From contig MU053645.1 of NCBI GenBank assembly GCA_013239625.1, forward strand, positions 620,001-684,000: DNA of 64,000 nt, in the 5' to 3' direction. The notes beneath the pieces are model-generated. The model did not search any database, had not been told where the DNA came from, and saw only the letters and a list, made by a program, of their open reading frames with translations. Below are positions 1 to 12,200 of this stretch, in pieces. Each line of letters opens with the position of its first letter. Within the stretch, counting starts at the first letter, position 1. The position numbers and the translations under genes are program-made. Origin of the DNA: Lama guanicoe (taxonomy: Eukaryota).

Positions 1-1350
1 TCAAAGTCCTAAACTTAAAACTAAAATTATAAAACCCTTAAAATAAATTCTTAATAGCATTAGATTCGGAAATATTTTATTGGATATGGCACCAAAAGAT
101 CAGGCAACAACAAAATAAAATTAGACCTCACTAAAATTAAGAACTTTTGCACATTGAAGGACACTATCAAGAAGAAGAAAAGATAACTACAGAGTGTGAG
201 AAAATATTTGCAAATCTTATAAGAGATTAATATCCAGAATATATTTTGAAAAACCCTATAATTCAATAACAAAGTCAATACAATTCAAAAATGGACAAAG
301 GACTTGAATAGACACTTCTTTCAAAGAAGATGTACAAATGATCAATAAGCACATAAAAAGCTGCTCAACATCATCCGTCATTAGGTAAGTACAATTACAA
401 ATCAGAATGTATAGCACAGGGAAATATACACAAAATGTTATGATAAATCACAGAGAAAAAAAATGTGACAATGAGTGTGTATATGTCTATGAATGACTGA
501 AAAATTGTGCTGAACACTGGAATTTGACACAGCATTGTAAAATGATTATAAATCAATAAAAAAAATCCTGAAAAAAAATTACAAATCAGAATGAGATACT
601 ACTTCAAACCTATTAAGATGACTATCATTTTTAAAAAACAAAAAACACATAAAATAAGTATTGGAGGTAATGTGGAGAAATTGGAGATCTGTGCATCACT
701 GATAGGAATATAAATTGTACAACCACTGTGGAAACTAGTGATTTCTCAAAAGTTTAAACACAGATCTATCACATAACCCAGTAACTCCACTCCTAAGGAT
801 ATGGTGAAAAGAATTGAAGGCAGGGATTCAAACAGATATCTGAACACTGATGTTTTAGCAGCATTATTCAGAATAACCAAAAGATGGAAACAATCCAAGT
901 ATTCATCAGTAAATGAATGGAAAAACAAAATGTAGTATATAAATAAAATGAAATATATGATATGTGATGAAATATTACTCAGCCATAAAAAAGTAATGGA
1001 ATTTTGATATATGTTACAACATGGATGGACCTTGAAAACATCACGGTAAGTGAAGTAAACCAGAGATATTAAGACAAATATTATATGATTTATATGAAGT
1101 ACCTAGCATAAGCAAATTCATAGAGACAGAATAGAGGTTACCAGAGGATGGGGAAGAAGGGAAATGGGGAGTGAATGTTTTATGTGTACAGTTTATGTTT
1201 GAAATCTGGGATATAGATACTGGTGATAGATACACAACATTGTGAATGCATTTAAAATGCCACTGAATCATACATTTATAAATTGTTAAAATGATAAATA
1301 CCATGTATATTTTACTATAATAAAATGGTTAAAAATAATAAATAAATAAA
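1..1350 (+). mobile_element. Old LINE-1 (L1MB-like), decayed ORF2 3' part plus 3' UTR and A-rich tail; runs off the left edge
   Basis: L1 ORF2 3' motifs (aaaatggacaaaggacttgaatagacac; tcaacatcatccgtcattagg; tattactcagccataaaaa). L1MB-type 3' end (ggtgatagatacacaacattgtgaatgc...tatattttactataataaaa) and A-rich tail to ~1350. Many stops and frameshifts. Confidence 0.9.
410..576 (+). mobile_element. Young, heavily 5'-truncated camelid-type L1 3' end inserted in the older L1
   Basis: Cetartiodactyl/camelid L1 3' UTR (tatagcacagggaa...tgactgaaaaattgtgctgaacactggaatttgacacagcattgtaaa...aatcaataaaa) with A tail. Perfect 17-bp TSD AATTACAAATCAGAATG at 393-409 and 577-593. Confidence 0.88.
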
Positions 1351-1851
1351 ATGTTTATCTTAAATATAAATAGTCTAAATGCACCAATCAAAAGTGTTAT
1401 GATTAGCAGAGTGGATAAAAGAGTAAGATTCAAATATATACTGTTTACAAGAACTCATTTGAATTTCAATAACATAGGTATGTTTAATGTAAAAGGGCGG
1501 GAAAAGATATAGTATGAAATAATGAATACAAAAAGGAGCAGGAGTATCTATATTAATATTAGAGAAAGTAGATTTCAGAGCAAAGAAAACAACTAGAGAC
1601 AAACAGGTATATGACTTAATGATATAATAATCTATCAGGAAGACAAGATGACCCTAAAATGTGTGTGCACCAAACAACACAGCCTAGAAATACAAGAAGC
1701 AAAAACAGATGGAACTATAAAAAGGAATAGACAAATCAACAATTATAGTTGGATACTTCAAGATCCCCATCTCAGCAACTGATAGAACTAATAGACATAA
1801 GATCAGCAATTACATAGAACTGAAAACACAATCAAACAATAAGATCTAATT

Positions 1852-1882
1852 GACGAGATCGGGCACGTTCAGGGTGGTATGG
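1852..1882 (-). pseudogene. 5S rRNA 5'-end fragment (about nt 9-39), antisense, at the 5' end of a chimeric retrocopy
   Basis: GACGAGATCGGGCACGTTCAGGGTGGTATGG matches the reverse complement of vertebrate 5S rRNA nt 9-39 (CCATACCACCCTGAACGCGCCCGATCTCGTC) at 30/31. The single mismatch is a CpG-type transition. Confidence 0.9.
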
Positions 1883-1889
1883 AGTAAAA

Positions 1890-2397
1890 TATCTGAGGGT
1901 GGAATGAGACAGGAGGGAAGGGGGCAGGCCACAGCCACTCAAGGAATGACAGTAACCAAAATGGTAGAAGATTCACCTCCTAGTTGGCCTTGAGGATTAA
2001 GAGGTTTAACTTCTAGCAGAACTTGAGCTTCATTATACACTCATTGTAATATATTAACATGGTGAATAACATGCCCACAGGCACCATGACAGTCCCAAGG
2101 CTAGCCACAAAAGGTCAAAGAGTGGGAAATGGCCAGCTTCCTGGGAATCCCAGCCCCTTCCCCTTAGACTGGTCCTTCTACTTATTAGCATATGAAGTCA
2201 CCAAGCCCATAAAAACAAGCAACATGGCACGCTGCCCCTCTCTCTCTCCCTCTTCGGAGACGGCCGGAATTCTGTCTATGGAATGCGTACCTACTTTTAA
2301 TCTGAGCACCCAACCCCCACACCTCATGGCCTTTCTCTTGCCTTTTAATGTATCTCTCTGAATAAATCTACCTTTACTCAACTGTGAAAAAAAAAAA
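1890..2397 (+). mobile_element. L1-mediated retrocopy of an ERV RNA 3' end (PPT + U3 + R + poly(A)), probably ERV1 class
   Basis: Purine-rich tract GAGGGTGGAA (1895-1904) directly precedes the TG start (1905). TATA-like CATAAAA at 2208-2214, AATAAA at 2361-2366, A run at 2387-2397 in place of U5...CA. 13-bp TSD AAGATCTAATTGA (1841-1853) / AAGATCTCATTGA (2396-2408). Confidence 0.82.
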
Positions 2398-5300
2398 GAT
2401 CTCATTGAAATCAAGAGTGCTCCTCTTAACATCCGACTACATAATTTTTCTGTGTCCAAAGAACATTCTGATCACATTCTGCACCATAATACAAACATGA
2501 ACAAATTTAAAATAGTGAAATCATACAGGTTATGTTATCTGATCATAGTGGAATCAAAACAGAAATCAACGACAGAATGAAAACAGGAAAAATCTCCAAA
2601 CACTTGGAAATCAAACAACACATATCTAAAGAATGCATGGGCCAAAGAGGAAGTCACAAAGGAAATTTAAAAATACACAGAGCTGAATGTAAATAAATTC
2701 TCAACATATCAATTATGAGACGTAGGTAAAGAAGTTCTGAGAGGGAAATTTGTAGCACTAAATTCTTATATTAGAAACAAGGAAAGATCTGAAATCTATA
2801 GTCTAAGGTTCCTACTTCAAGAAACTAGAAAGATAAAGCAAAATAAGTCCAAAGCAAGAAGGAAGGAATAAACAGAAAAAATCAATAAAATTGAAAATGG
2901 GAAAACAAATTAAGAAAATCCATGAAACAAAAAGCTGGATTTTGGGGGAAAAAAATCAATGAAATGGATTATCATGTAGCAAGACTGACAAAAACTGAGA
3001 GAAGACATAAATCACCAATACCAGAAATGAAATAAGGGCTATTACTACAGATTGTACAGCCATTAAAAAAATAATAGGGGATTATTATGAACAACTTTAC
3101 TGGAGAATTCTACTAAATATTTAAAGAAAAATAAGCACCAGATTTTCCCAGTGTCTTCTAAAATATAGAGAGGAGAGAACATTTGCCAACTCATTATTTG
3201 AGGACAGTATTACTCTGATAACAAACCTAGAAAAAAAGTTCAAAAAAAGAAAACAGAGCAATGTCTCTCACAAGCTTAGATGTAAAAATCCTCAACAAAA
3301 TATCAGCAACAGAATTCAACAATGTATAAAAAACAATTATACACTGTGACCAAGTGGCATTTATACCAAGTAAGCCAAGATGGTTCAACATTTGAAATTC
3401 AATTAGTGTAATCTACCATATTAACAAGCTAAAGAAGAAAAATCATAGGATCATGTCAATTGACCGAGAAAAAGCATTTGACAAAATCCAACACTAATTT
3501 GTACATCTATATGATAAAACTCTTATCAAGTTAAAAATAGGAGCAAATTACCTCAAAATGATAAAAAAAAGCATTTGCCAAAAATCAATAGCTAACATCA
3601 TACTTAATTGTGAAAGACTGAATATTTTCCTTTGAATATCATCCACAAGGCAAGGATGTCTGCTGTTACCACACTTATCCAACATAATACTGGAAGTTCA
3701 AGGTACTGCAATAAGTCAAAAAAGGGTGAGGGCGGAAGCATACAGATTGTAAAGGAAGAAATAAATTTGAAGACGACATGATTGCCTAAATAGAAAATCC
3801 CAGGGAACCTACCAAAAACAGTAGAACTAATAAATAAGTTTAGCAATTTCACAAGATACAAGATAAGCATGCAAAAACTCAACTGCGTTTCTATATATGA
3901 ATAATAAACATGTGGAAACAAAAATTAAAAACACAATACCATTTATAATCTCTCCAAGGAAATGAAATAGTTAGGCATATACTTAATAAACCATGTACAG
4001 GACTTGTATGTTGAAAACTACAAAATACTGATGAAGGATATCAAAGAACAGTATATACATGGAGATAAATCATCTGTTCATAGACTGGAAGATTCAACAT
4101 AGTAAATATATCAACTCTCCCCAAATGGATTTTTAAGTATAATGTAATTCCTTTCCTAATCTCAGCCAGGTATTTTTCATAGACAGGCTTATTCCAAAAT
4201 TTATATGAAAAGTCACAGGCCCTAGAATAGTGAAAACAATCTTGACAAGGTAGAATTAATTAGGAAGAATTACTGTACCTAAAATAAGTTTTATTATATA
4301 GCTACACTTATCAAGATGGTATGGTATTTGTGGGGGATAAACACAAAGATCAATTGAAAAGATATCAAAGCCAGAAACAAATCCACAGAATCATGCAAAA
4401 TAGATTTCTGACAAAGGTGAAAAGTAATTCAACAGATGGAGGATAGCATTTTCAACGAATGATGCCAGAAAATTTGTACATCTATATGAAAAAAGAACTT
4501 TGACCTAAAACTCATTTATTGTATAAAAATTAAAATGGATCATAGACTTAAATATAAAATTTTAAACTATAAAGCTTTTAGGAAAAAATAGGAGAATATC
4601 TTAAGAATCTAGGGTTAGGCAAAGAGTTCTTAGACTTGACAACAAAAGCACAATCCATAAAAGGAAAAAAAATAATAAATCAGACATCATCAAATTAAAA
4701 ACATTTGCTCTTTTAAAGACACTTTTAAAGGAGGAAAAGATAACTTACACAGTGGAAGAAAATACTTACAAACCAAATATCCAACAAAGGGATAATATGT
4801 AGAATAAAAAAAAAACTCTAAAAAGAACAGTTAAAAAAAAACCAAAAACAAATCCAAATGATTCAATTAGAAAATGACCAGAAGACAGGGAGAGACAGTC
4901 CACCAAAGAGGATATACTGATGGCAAATAAGCACATGAAAAGCACTTAAAAAGTCATCAGGGAAATGCAAACTAAAACCTTGATGAAACATCAGTACACA
5001 GTTATTAGAGTGGCTAAAATAAAACAAAACTGACAATACCAAATGATGGCAAGGATGCAGGGAAACTGAATTGCTCATACATTGCTGTCAGGAATGTAAA
5101 ATGATACAGCCACTCTAGAAAACACTTTGTTAGTATCTTATAAAACTAAATATTTTACTACCATATAACCTAGAAATTTCAGTTTGGGGCATTTATCCCA
5201 GAGTAACGCTAACTTATTTCACACAAAAAGCTGTACACAGAAGTTTATAGCAGCTTTATTCATAAATGGCTCAAAACTGGAGAGAGCTCAGATATCCTTC

Positions 5301-8300
5301 AACAAGTGAATGGACGAACAAACTGTGATGCACCTATAACATGGACTACTACTCAGCGATACAAAGGAATGAACTTTCTATACTTGGATCAACTTAGATG
5401 AATATCCAGAGAATCATTCTGAGAGGGGAAAAAAGCCATCCCAAAGGGTTACACACCATATCATTCAATTCATGAAACATATTTGAAATGACAAAATTTT
5501 AGAAATGGAGAACAGATTAGTGATTGGCAGAATTCAGTGCCAGTGAAGAAGGTAGGGATGGGAGCAAGAGGGAGGTTGATATAGTTATAAAAAAGCAAAT
5601 CCTTATGATGGTCACTATCTTGACTGTGGTGATAGTTGTATAAATCCAGATATTTGTAACAAAATAGCATAAAACTAAATACACACACATGCACAATTAA
5701 TTAAAAGTAAAACTGGGAAATCTGAATAAAATGAATGGGTCATATCAATGTCAAATCGTGGTTATGATACTTTGTAACAGTTTTGCAAGATGTTACCATC
5801 AGGGGAAACTATGTAAAAAGTACATGGATCTCTGTATTATTTCTTATGACTGCATGTGAATCTGCAATTATTTCAAAGTACAAGTAATTTTTTTAAAACT
5901 TCTGAAAGAAGCTAAGATGGTTGCAGTCTAACTGAAAATAATTGGTACCACAGCTTTCCTAGACTCATTCTATTCCACACGCTAGAAATGTAATAAACAT
6001 ACAGTATTTTTTGATATTTTTATGACATGATATCCTAAAAAAAAAGTGTATTTCTTTAGGCATTTGTTTCTTCGCTGCCGACTTGGCACTCTAATCTCAC
6101 TCCAGAGCAATTACTGAAGGAGTAGCAGATATATATGGCAAAGAAGAGGGGAGCTGAGAGGAGAGGAGGGGAAGGGGAGGGAGGGGAGACAGCTAGAGAT
6201 ATAAGTATATCATGAAGGCGAACAATATGAATGTATGTCTTCTTTCCTTGCCCTGGAGGAAGGAAATTGAGAGGATCTAAGAGGAAGAGGGACTTGGTAT
6301 TATGGATCTGCATAATTGCTGTATCTTTACTCCTGGCTGGATTGGCTATTTATGGGTCAACTGTTAGGCGATAGATTGGACTGGAAAAAAAAGTCAATCT
6401 GATTTGACTTTTTGGACATACAAAATTACTAGGATGCAAATTTTTTCTGGGTCATGTGATTTGCTTTAATGATTAAATAGGATTGAATAAGTAGGTTGGA
6501 TTAGATTCAGTGTCAATGGTCAGAATAAATGAATGGAACTCAGATGACTGATTTGACTTGGAGTATACACAGCCTAAATTGTTTCGGAATCATGAATGTA
6601 GAATTCATTATAAAGCAAGCCTTGTGCATGGGAAAAAGTGGCTAAAATAAAGTCAAAGGGACCTTCATCTTTGTCATTAGGCAACATTTACCAGGTGTTT
6701 ACCTTATGTTTTAGATGTGGAATATTCTGTGTGTGCTTGTGTGTCAGTTTGAAGACCTAAGACACTTGATTGATGGGAGTCTACCAAAAAAAGGAAAAAA
6801 AAGCAGATATGGAGAGTGGGATGGAGGGATCCTAAAAACATACTTAGACTATTTCCCAATTTTACTTCCCAGTAGAGGTAAGGTACATTAAATATTCCAG
6901 CTTTCCTCCTCTAAAAAAAAAAAAAAGAAACAAGATATCAAACATTTAAAGACTTTCCATAATGTTCATCTTGTATTTTTGCAGTGGATGCACACCATGC
7001 ATCATCTTACCATCCTATAAAGTCACTTCAAATCTGTCATTTGTAAGTTTTTAAGAAACTCTCAAAACACCAATGAAAATGTAAAATTGCAGTGGTAAGA
7101 TTATTAAAGCCTAAAACCCAACACCAAATCTGTCAGGATTCTCAGTTTCCATTCTTTTGTGGCATGGACAATTGGCACATACAAGCTACATATGCCACGT
7201 CAGTTGAGTCTGGAAAAATCTTTGATTGAAAGTTCTGGTCCTTTGAGAGCATCAGATCTCTATTTATGATATTGAGAATCTTTAAGAATTCTTACGTTCC
7301 TTTTAATATCTATGACATATAAATGTGAAAAGAAACACATTCTTGCTATCCCAGGAGCAACAGCGTCCAATAAAAGTAGGAAAGATATGCATTAACAAAG
7401 CCAAGTCTTTCCCATGAGGAACCTTTTATGATTGTCCTGGAGTACAGAGGGTCAAAATAAGATCTCTTATATGGAATGCCAACTTCTGGAAAGTTCTCTG
7501 CATAGAAGTTTTACTGGGGCTTCCATAGCAGTGTTCCTAAATTATCAGTTGGTTGTGTAATATTATTCACTAGTTTGGGCAGGATGTTGGCTATAATCAT
7601 TTCTGAAACTTCCTTGAATCTAAAGTCCATGATTTCTGATAACCAACTGTATTCTGGTTTTCAAATTATCATCAGAAAAAAGCAAGTTAAAAAGATCAAT
7701 AACAGCCTCAAAAATAGGATAAAGTTTCAATTTAGTTTTAAAATTGACCAAAATTGCAGGGGTTTCTTTTTTGGATAGGAACTGGTTTTTCCATCCCTTA
7801 TTTTAATATACACATCAAGTTTAGATCATTGCAAGATGACGCAAAATTCTTTCAATGGTATTATTTATCATAACAGGAAGGATTCAACACCAGAGATTTT
7901 GCCAAGGATGAAGCATAGCTTTAAGCACATCCTATATCAAAAAGTACAACTGAAAATGTAGTCTCAGGAAGCTTCTAACGGTGTTATAAAAAGTATTTTT
8001 AAGGCCACATGATTATATTTGGATTAGTAATTATATACTGGAGGAATTTTCACAGGGCAATCAGGAGACAAAGCCTATAAGTTCATGATTATCAGTGGCA
8101 AAAAACTACCCATTTCTCTATTGAATGTGGTTAATGGGTTACTCACCAAATATCTTTGCATCTTTCACTCAGCATACACACAAAGGCAGCATTAAATTGA
8201 ACTGGATGACATGTACAGGCAGACAATAAGTATGCAGAAGTGGTTTTAACCTCTCTTTATAGATATTATGCTTACACACATACCTCATCTTTTCACAGAT

Positions 8301-8494
8301 GTTATTATGGATAGACTAATCTGGGAAACAGGAGTGTTTATGTAATCAAAGCACAGATGTTCATAGAAGGAACAGTGTAACTGCAAGCACGCCTAAAGCC
8401 AAAGGGAATCACTAAGAAGGCTAAAAAAGACTTAAAACAATGTCTTTCCTTTCTCTCACTCTTTCCAAAACTTTAATATCTGCATCATACACTA

Positions 8495-8640
8495 GTAGCT
8501 GCTATTTACTGAGTGCCTTACCATGTGCCAGAAACTATACCAGGTACTTTTGTATTTATTCTCATTCAACTGTCACAGTCCTGCAAAACAATAATTATTA
8601 TCCCCATCTGTAAGGCAAGAAAAGTAAGAGAAAGACACAT
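8495..8640 (-). mobile_element. MIR SINE fragment
   Basis: tatttactgagtgccttaccatgtgccag...attattatccccatctgtaag, antisense MIR 3' end and core. Confidence 0.75.
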
Positions 8641-8689
8641 TTGACACTTCCTCTGTTGAAGGTATAACTCTGGGTACAGGCCATCAGAT

Positions 8690-8980
8690 AAGCCCATGGG
8701 AGAAAGCAGAGGTAGGTTAAGGGATACAGATGTTTAAAGGTCATTTGTACAAAGAGAACAGTGTCTGTTTCATTCCTACAGTTCAATTTGGACATAATAT
8801 AAGACAGGAAAAACTAAATGCTGAATTTTAGAGTATAAACTAGAAATTCTGAAAAGATAAAGCGCCAGGAATAATCAGGGAGGGCTTCACGGAGGAGGCA
8901 GGATTTGAGCTAGTGCCAGAAGAAAAGGGAGGAGACATTCCAGGCAAGAGGAAACACTGTGAAAGGATACAGATGAGTAA
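8690..8980 (-). mobile_element. L2 LINE fragment(s)
   Basis: atcagggagggcttcacggaggaggcaggatttgagct...ggagacattccaggcaagaggaaacac, typical antisense L2. Confidence 0.6.
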
Positions 8981-9044
8981 TGTCATTATTCAATCCAGCT
9001 CATTTAAAAAACCCGATACCAACAATGATGATTGTAATTCTAAC

Positions 9045-9240
9045 AGAGAAGTACAAAATACAGATTTTGGATTGAGTTCTGGCCACCATCATTTATGTCT
9101 GTGTATCCTTAACAAAGTCTGTAAAATGGGAATAACGAGACATGTCCTACTTTCCTCATAAGGCTTTTGTAGAAATCAAATCCTCAAATGTGTGTGATTG
9201 TGTTGTGTAAACACGAAGATTTACTCAAAGAGATTATTAT
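9045..9240 (+). mobile_element. MIR SINE
   Basis: ggattgagttctggccacc...tctgtaaaatgggaataacg...cctcataaggcttttgtagaaatcaaa. Confidence 0.75.
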
Positions 9241-12200
9241 TCCATATTATGCAAAGTTGATTTTCCTCACAAACATCCATTCTTGGAAAATCCCCAGCTA
9301 CACACTGAGAACTTTAATTACAAATAGCTTTGCTTACTCCTCTCCGAGTTCTTCACTGGATATTTATAAAGTACTTCATGAGTACAATTGAGGGTCTGAG
9401 GCTAGCCTTCAGACAAAGCCCAAATTTATTACTAGTTTAATGGATTTAACTGGTTACTGATTGGCTGTCAGACTGAATTAGTAGAAAGAGTATACTTGAA
9501 GCCTAAGTCAGCATGAATAAACCAAGGTACTACTACACTTGCAAAGGAACTTGGTCTCTCACTTCTGGGCACCCTGTTATCTCACTGTACTTGAGGCACC
9601 ATCTAAAGACTTGACAGAAACACATATCAAAAATTCAGATAAGTTCACACTTGCATCAACTTTACACATGCAGACACACATAAACATCTCCCCAGCCCAC
9701 CCCCAGATCTGGAACAGAATGGAGGTGACTACCTATAAATAAGTTCCATCTCACACCGTATTCATTACTCAGGGTCATGTTTATATGTCTTTAACCCATC
9801 ATCTCTTAGTTTGATTTTAATTAAAAAAAAAGTATACCTCAGTTGAAGGCTGTCAGTGTGAAAAACTGGCTTGAATGCTGTACACATGATATATATGAAC
9901 TGGTATGTTTTAGGAGAGGTCTGGGTTCATTCAATATTAAGGATGTTGAGGGTTCTCTCCAAGGCCTAGAGGCTGAAGTGAATACTTCATTATCTGGCAC
10001 TACAAAAGAGATGGCCTCATCTCTTATCAACTCATTTCCAAAATTATCTTTCTTCTCCATTCACAGAACTTAGCTATTGGTGTTCATGTAGCTCAGTGTC
10101 ATACTATACTTGATGTGGTAGTTGCACTGAAAGAGACTATGTAGGCAAACCCTAATATTTTCTCCCCCCCAGTGAGATTTACTAAGTAAGAGCAAAACTA
10201 TTATTCTTCACTTAGGAAAAGACCAAGCTGAAAATATATAATACATACAATTTCTTCTAAAGTTTTAGGGTACTCACCCTAAATCGGATATACATCAGAC
10301 TCCAAATAAAACTGCGTAAGGTAAAACAGCAGGCCTACAGTCTAATTGCCAACACTTTACAATGTGCACAGTTATATTCATAAACCTTGAAATTACCTGA
10401 AGATACCGTAACCACTTTTGGGGAATGCTGGTATTTCTGAACAAAACTGTTTATTTAGCCCTCTTATTTATTTTAATATTACAACTATTGGTGATATTTT
10501 TCCCTCAGGAGCTCAGCTGTACAAACTACTTAAGTTACTGTTAGTGGCACATACAGATTTTGCTAGGTACTCAAAACTGCAAAGTTATTTCATATCAAAG
10601 CGATGCAGCCTTCGTCTTTTGCATCTCTGAATGATGAGCAACATTACTTTAAATGACATCTTTTTGTCAGAGTTGCTTGGGATAAAGACAAAATGAATCC
10701 ATTTGTATAAATTGTGGCTTCACTATTGAAGGATTATAAAAATATATTATGCTACACTTAAACCTAAAACTATTAAGATAGTTAAACTATGCCATCTTTT
10801 CACTGGAAAAACTAGCAAGTGCTTAAAATGTTATCATCAATCACAAGTAATTCACTAAATATACAATTGAAGCAGCAATAGAAGAAAGAAAACACTGTTG
10901 GGCAGATCATCTGTCACTAAGTCAAACATCTCCATTTTTCATTGGACGAAGTGACTAAAGACTTTCAAGGACTACGGTATTGATAATGCAAAACTGAATT
11001 CCTTTTCCAAGGGGACAACCCTTCACATGCTGTCATTTTGGGGGATGTTTTCTGGGTTGGTATATGAATTTATTTTGAAAGGTAACCTTCTATGCCTTTT
11101 TTCTGTGTGAGTCTGTGTGTCTCAATTCAGCTGTGAAAAACATTCACCAAGGCACTCGTCACCTTGTTTTTGCAGTCACAAATAGTTGTCAAAAAGGAAA
11201 TAATACCTAAAGACTCTTGTTCCTAAAGCCCCAAACCATCTTTTAAATCAGGTTTAATTTAGGAGTCGGCTAAGGTCACCAGATGTTTCTCATTATGCCG
11301 GATAATCTTGGATTTCAACTTCCTATGCCGTTCTCATTGATATTTTCTGTCCTCATTGAGCCTGGCTCCTTTCCAGACCTACATAACACTACTCTGGGCC
11401 AGAGCAATTATCCGTCCTGTGCAGTATGTTTTTCTCTGACCTGTACCAAGAAACAATTTAAAGGAGAAGGTGGTTCTTTTTCCCTGTGAAATAAAATACA
11501 AAATGCTAGGGATCTCTGAGCTGACCTGTCTCCTCGGTATTATTTCTCTTCTGTCCTTCTTACCCCACTTTTCCTGTGCAGCAAAAGTTACATTGCTAGG
11601 GGACGGGTCTTGGGCACTTTTGGCTGCGACAATCTAGTGGGATTAATAGGAATCATAGTACAGTACAAGTAAAAATTCCGAAACCAAACATTCTGGCAAG
11701 GGGCAATTAAGACTTGTGGTTGAGCTTTTAGGCTTAGAAACACAGGATCTAATAAGGATCTGAAGTAAAGCAGATGCAGCAGAAAGGAAGTGAGGTCATA
11801 AGTATACAAGAACTGGGCCAATGGCCAAGCCAAGATCACAGAAGTGGGGTTCAAGTTCACAAATGGCAACTGGGTAGGGACAAAAAGCCAGGTCACTAAC
11901 TGACAGGAGAGAGGGCACTATGGCTTCTCATTTTCTACATGAACCTGAGGTCAGCATAACTTCCTTATTCCCAGTTTTTTGTCTTCTCTTTGGGGTCTTG
12001 AGGACTAATGGAAGAGGAGGGATGTCATAGCAATACTTTACAATCTTGCCACTCTGATGTGTTGAAAGACCCAATTTTAAGTAAAGCCAACTTTTTGTTG
12101 CACGTCACCACAAACCAGCCCGTCTGACGGGAGGGAAAGCTGCAATGATGTCAGCTTAGTCCAAACTATGGGTACAAAAAAAAAGGATTCTACCTCTCCA

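Larger units (their letters stand above)
1355..5895 (+). mobile_element. Old LINE-1 (L1MD-like): near-complete decayed ORF2 (EN, RT) plus 3' UTR
   Basis: Endonuclease N-terminus remnant near 1360-1460 (LN.N.LNAPIK...EWIK...CLQE.H-like). RT motifs RQGC-like near 3647 and FEDDMI (degenerate FADDMI) near 3766. 3' UTR ends gcaagatgttaccatcaggggaaact...tgcatgtgaatctgcaattatttcaaa. Confidence 0.9.

Noticed and set aside
1852..1882. Functional 5S rRNA gene
   Set aside because: Only 31 nt; it lacks the internal A/C-box promoter and the rest of the ~120-nt RNA.
2059..2459. Overlapping 100-aa and 93-aa ORFs
   Set aside because: They lie in LTR sequence, with no recognisable gag, pol or env motifs.
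6985..7042. 58-nt + strand segment with good splice-like flanks
   Set aside because: No recognisable peptide and no partner exons.
12118..12130. CCCGTC-T-GACGGG inverted repeat
   Set aside because: 6-bp arms are expected by chance at this window size.
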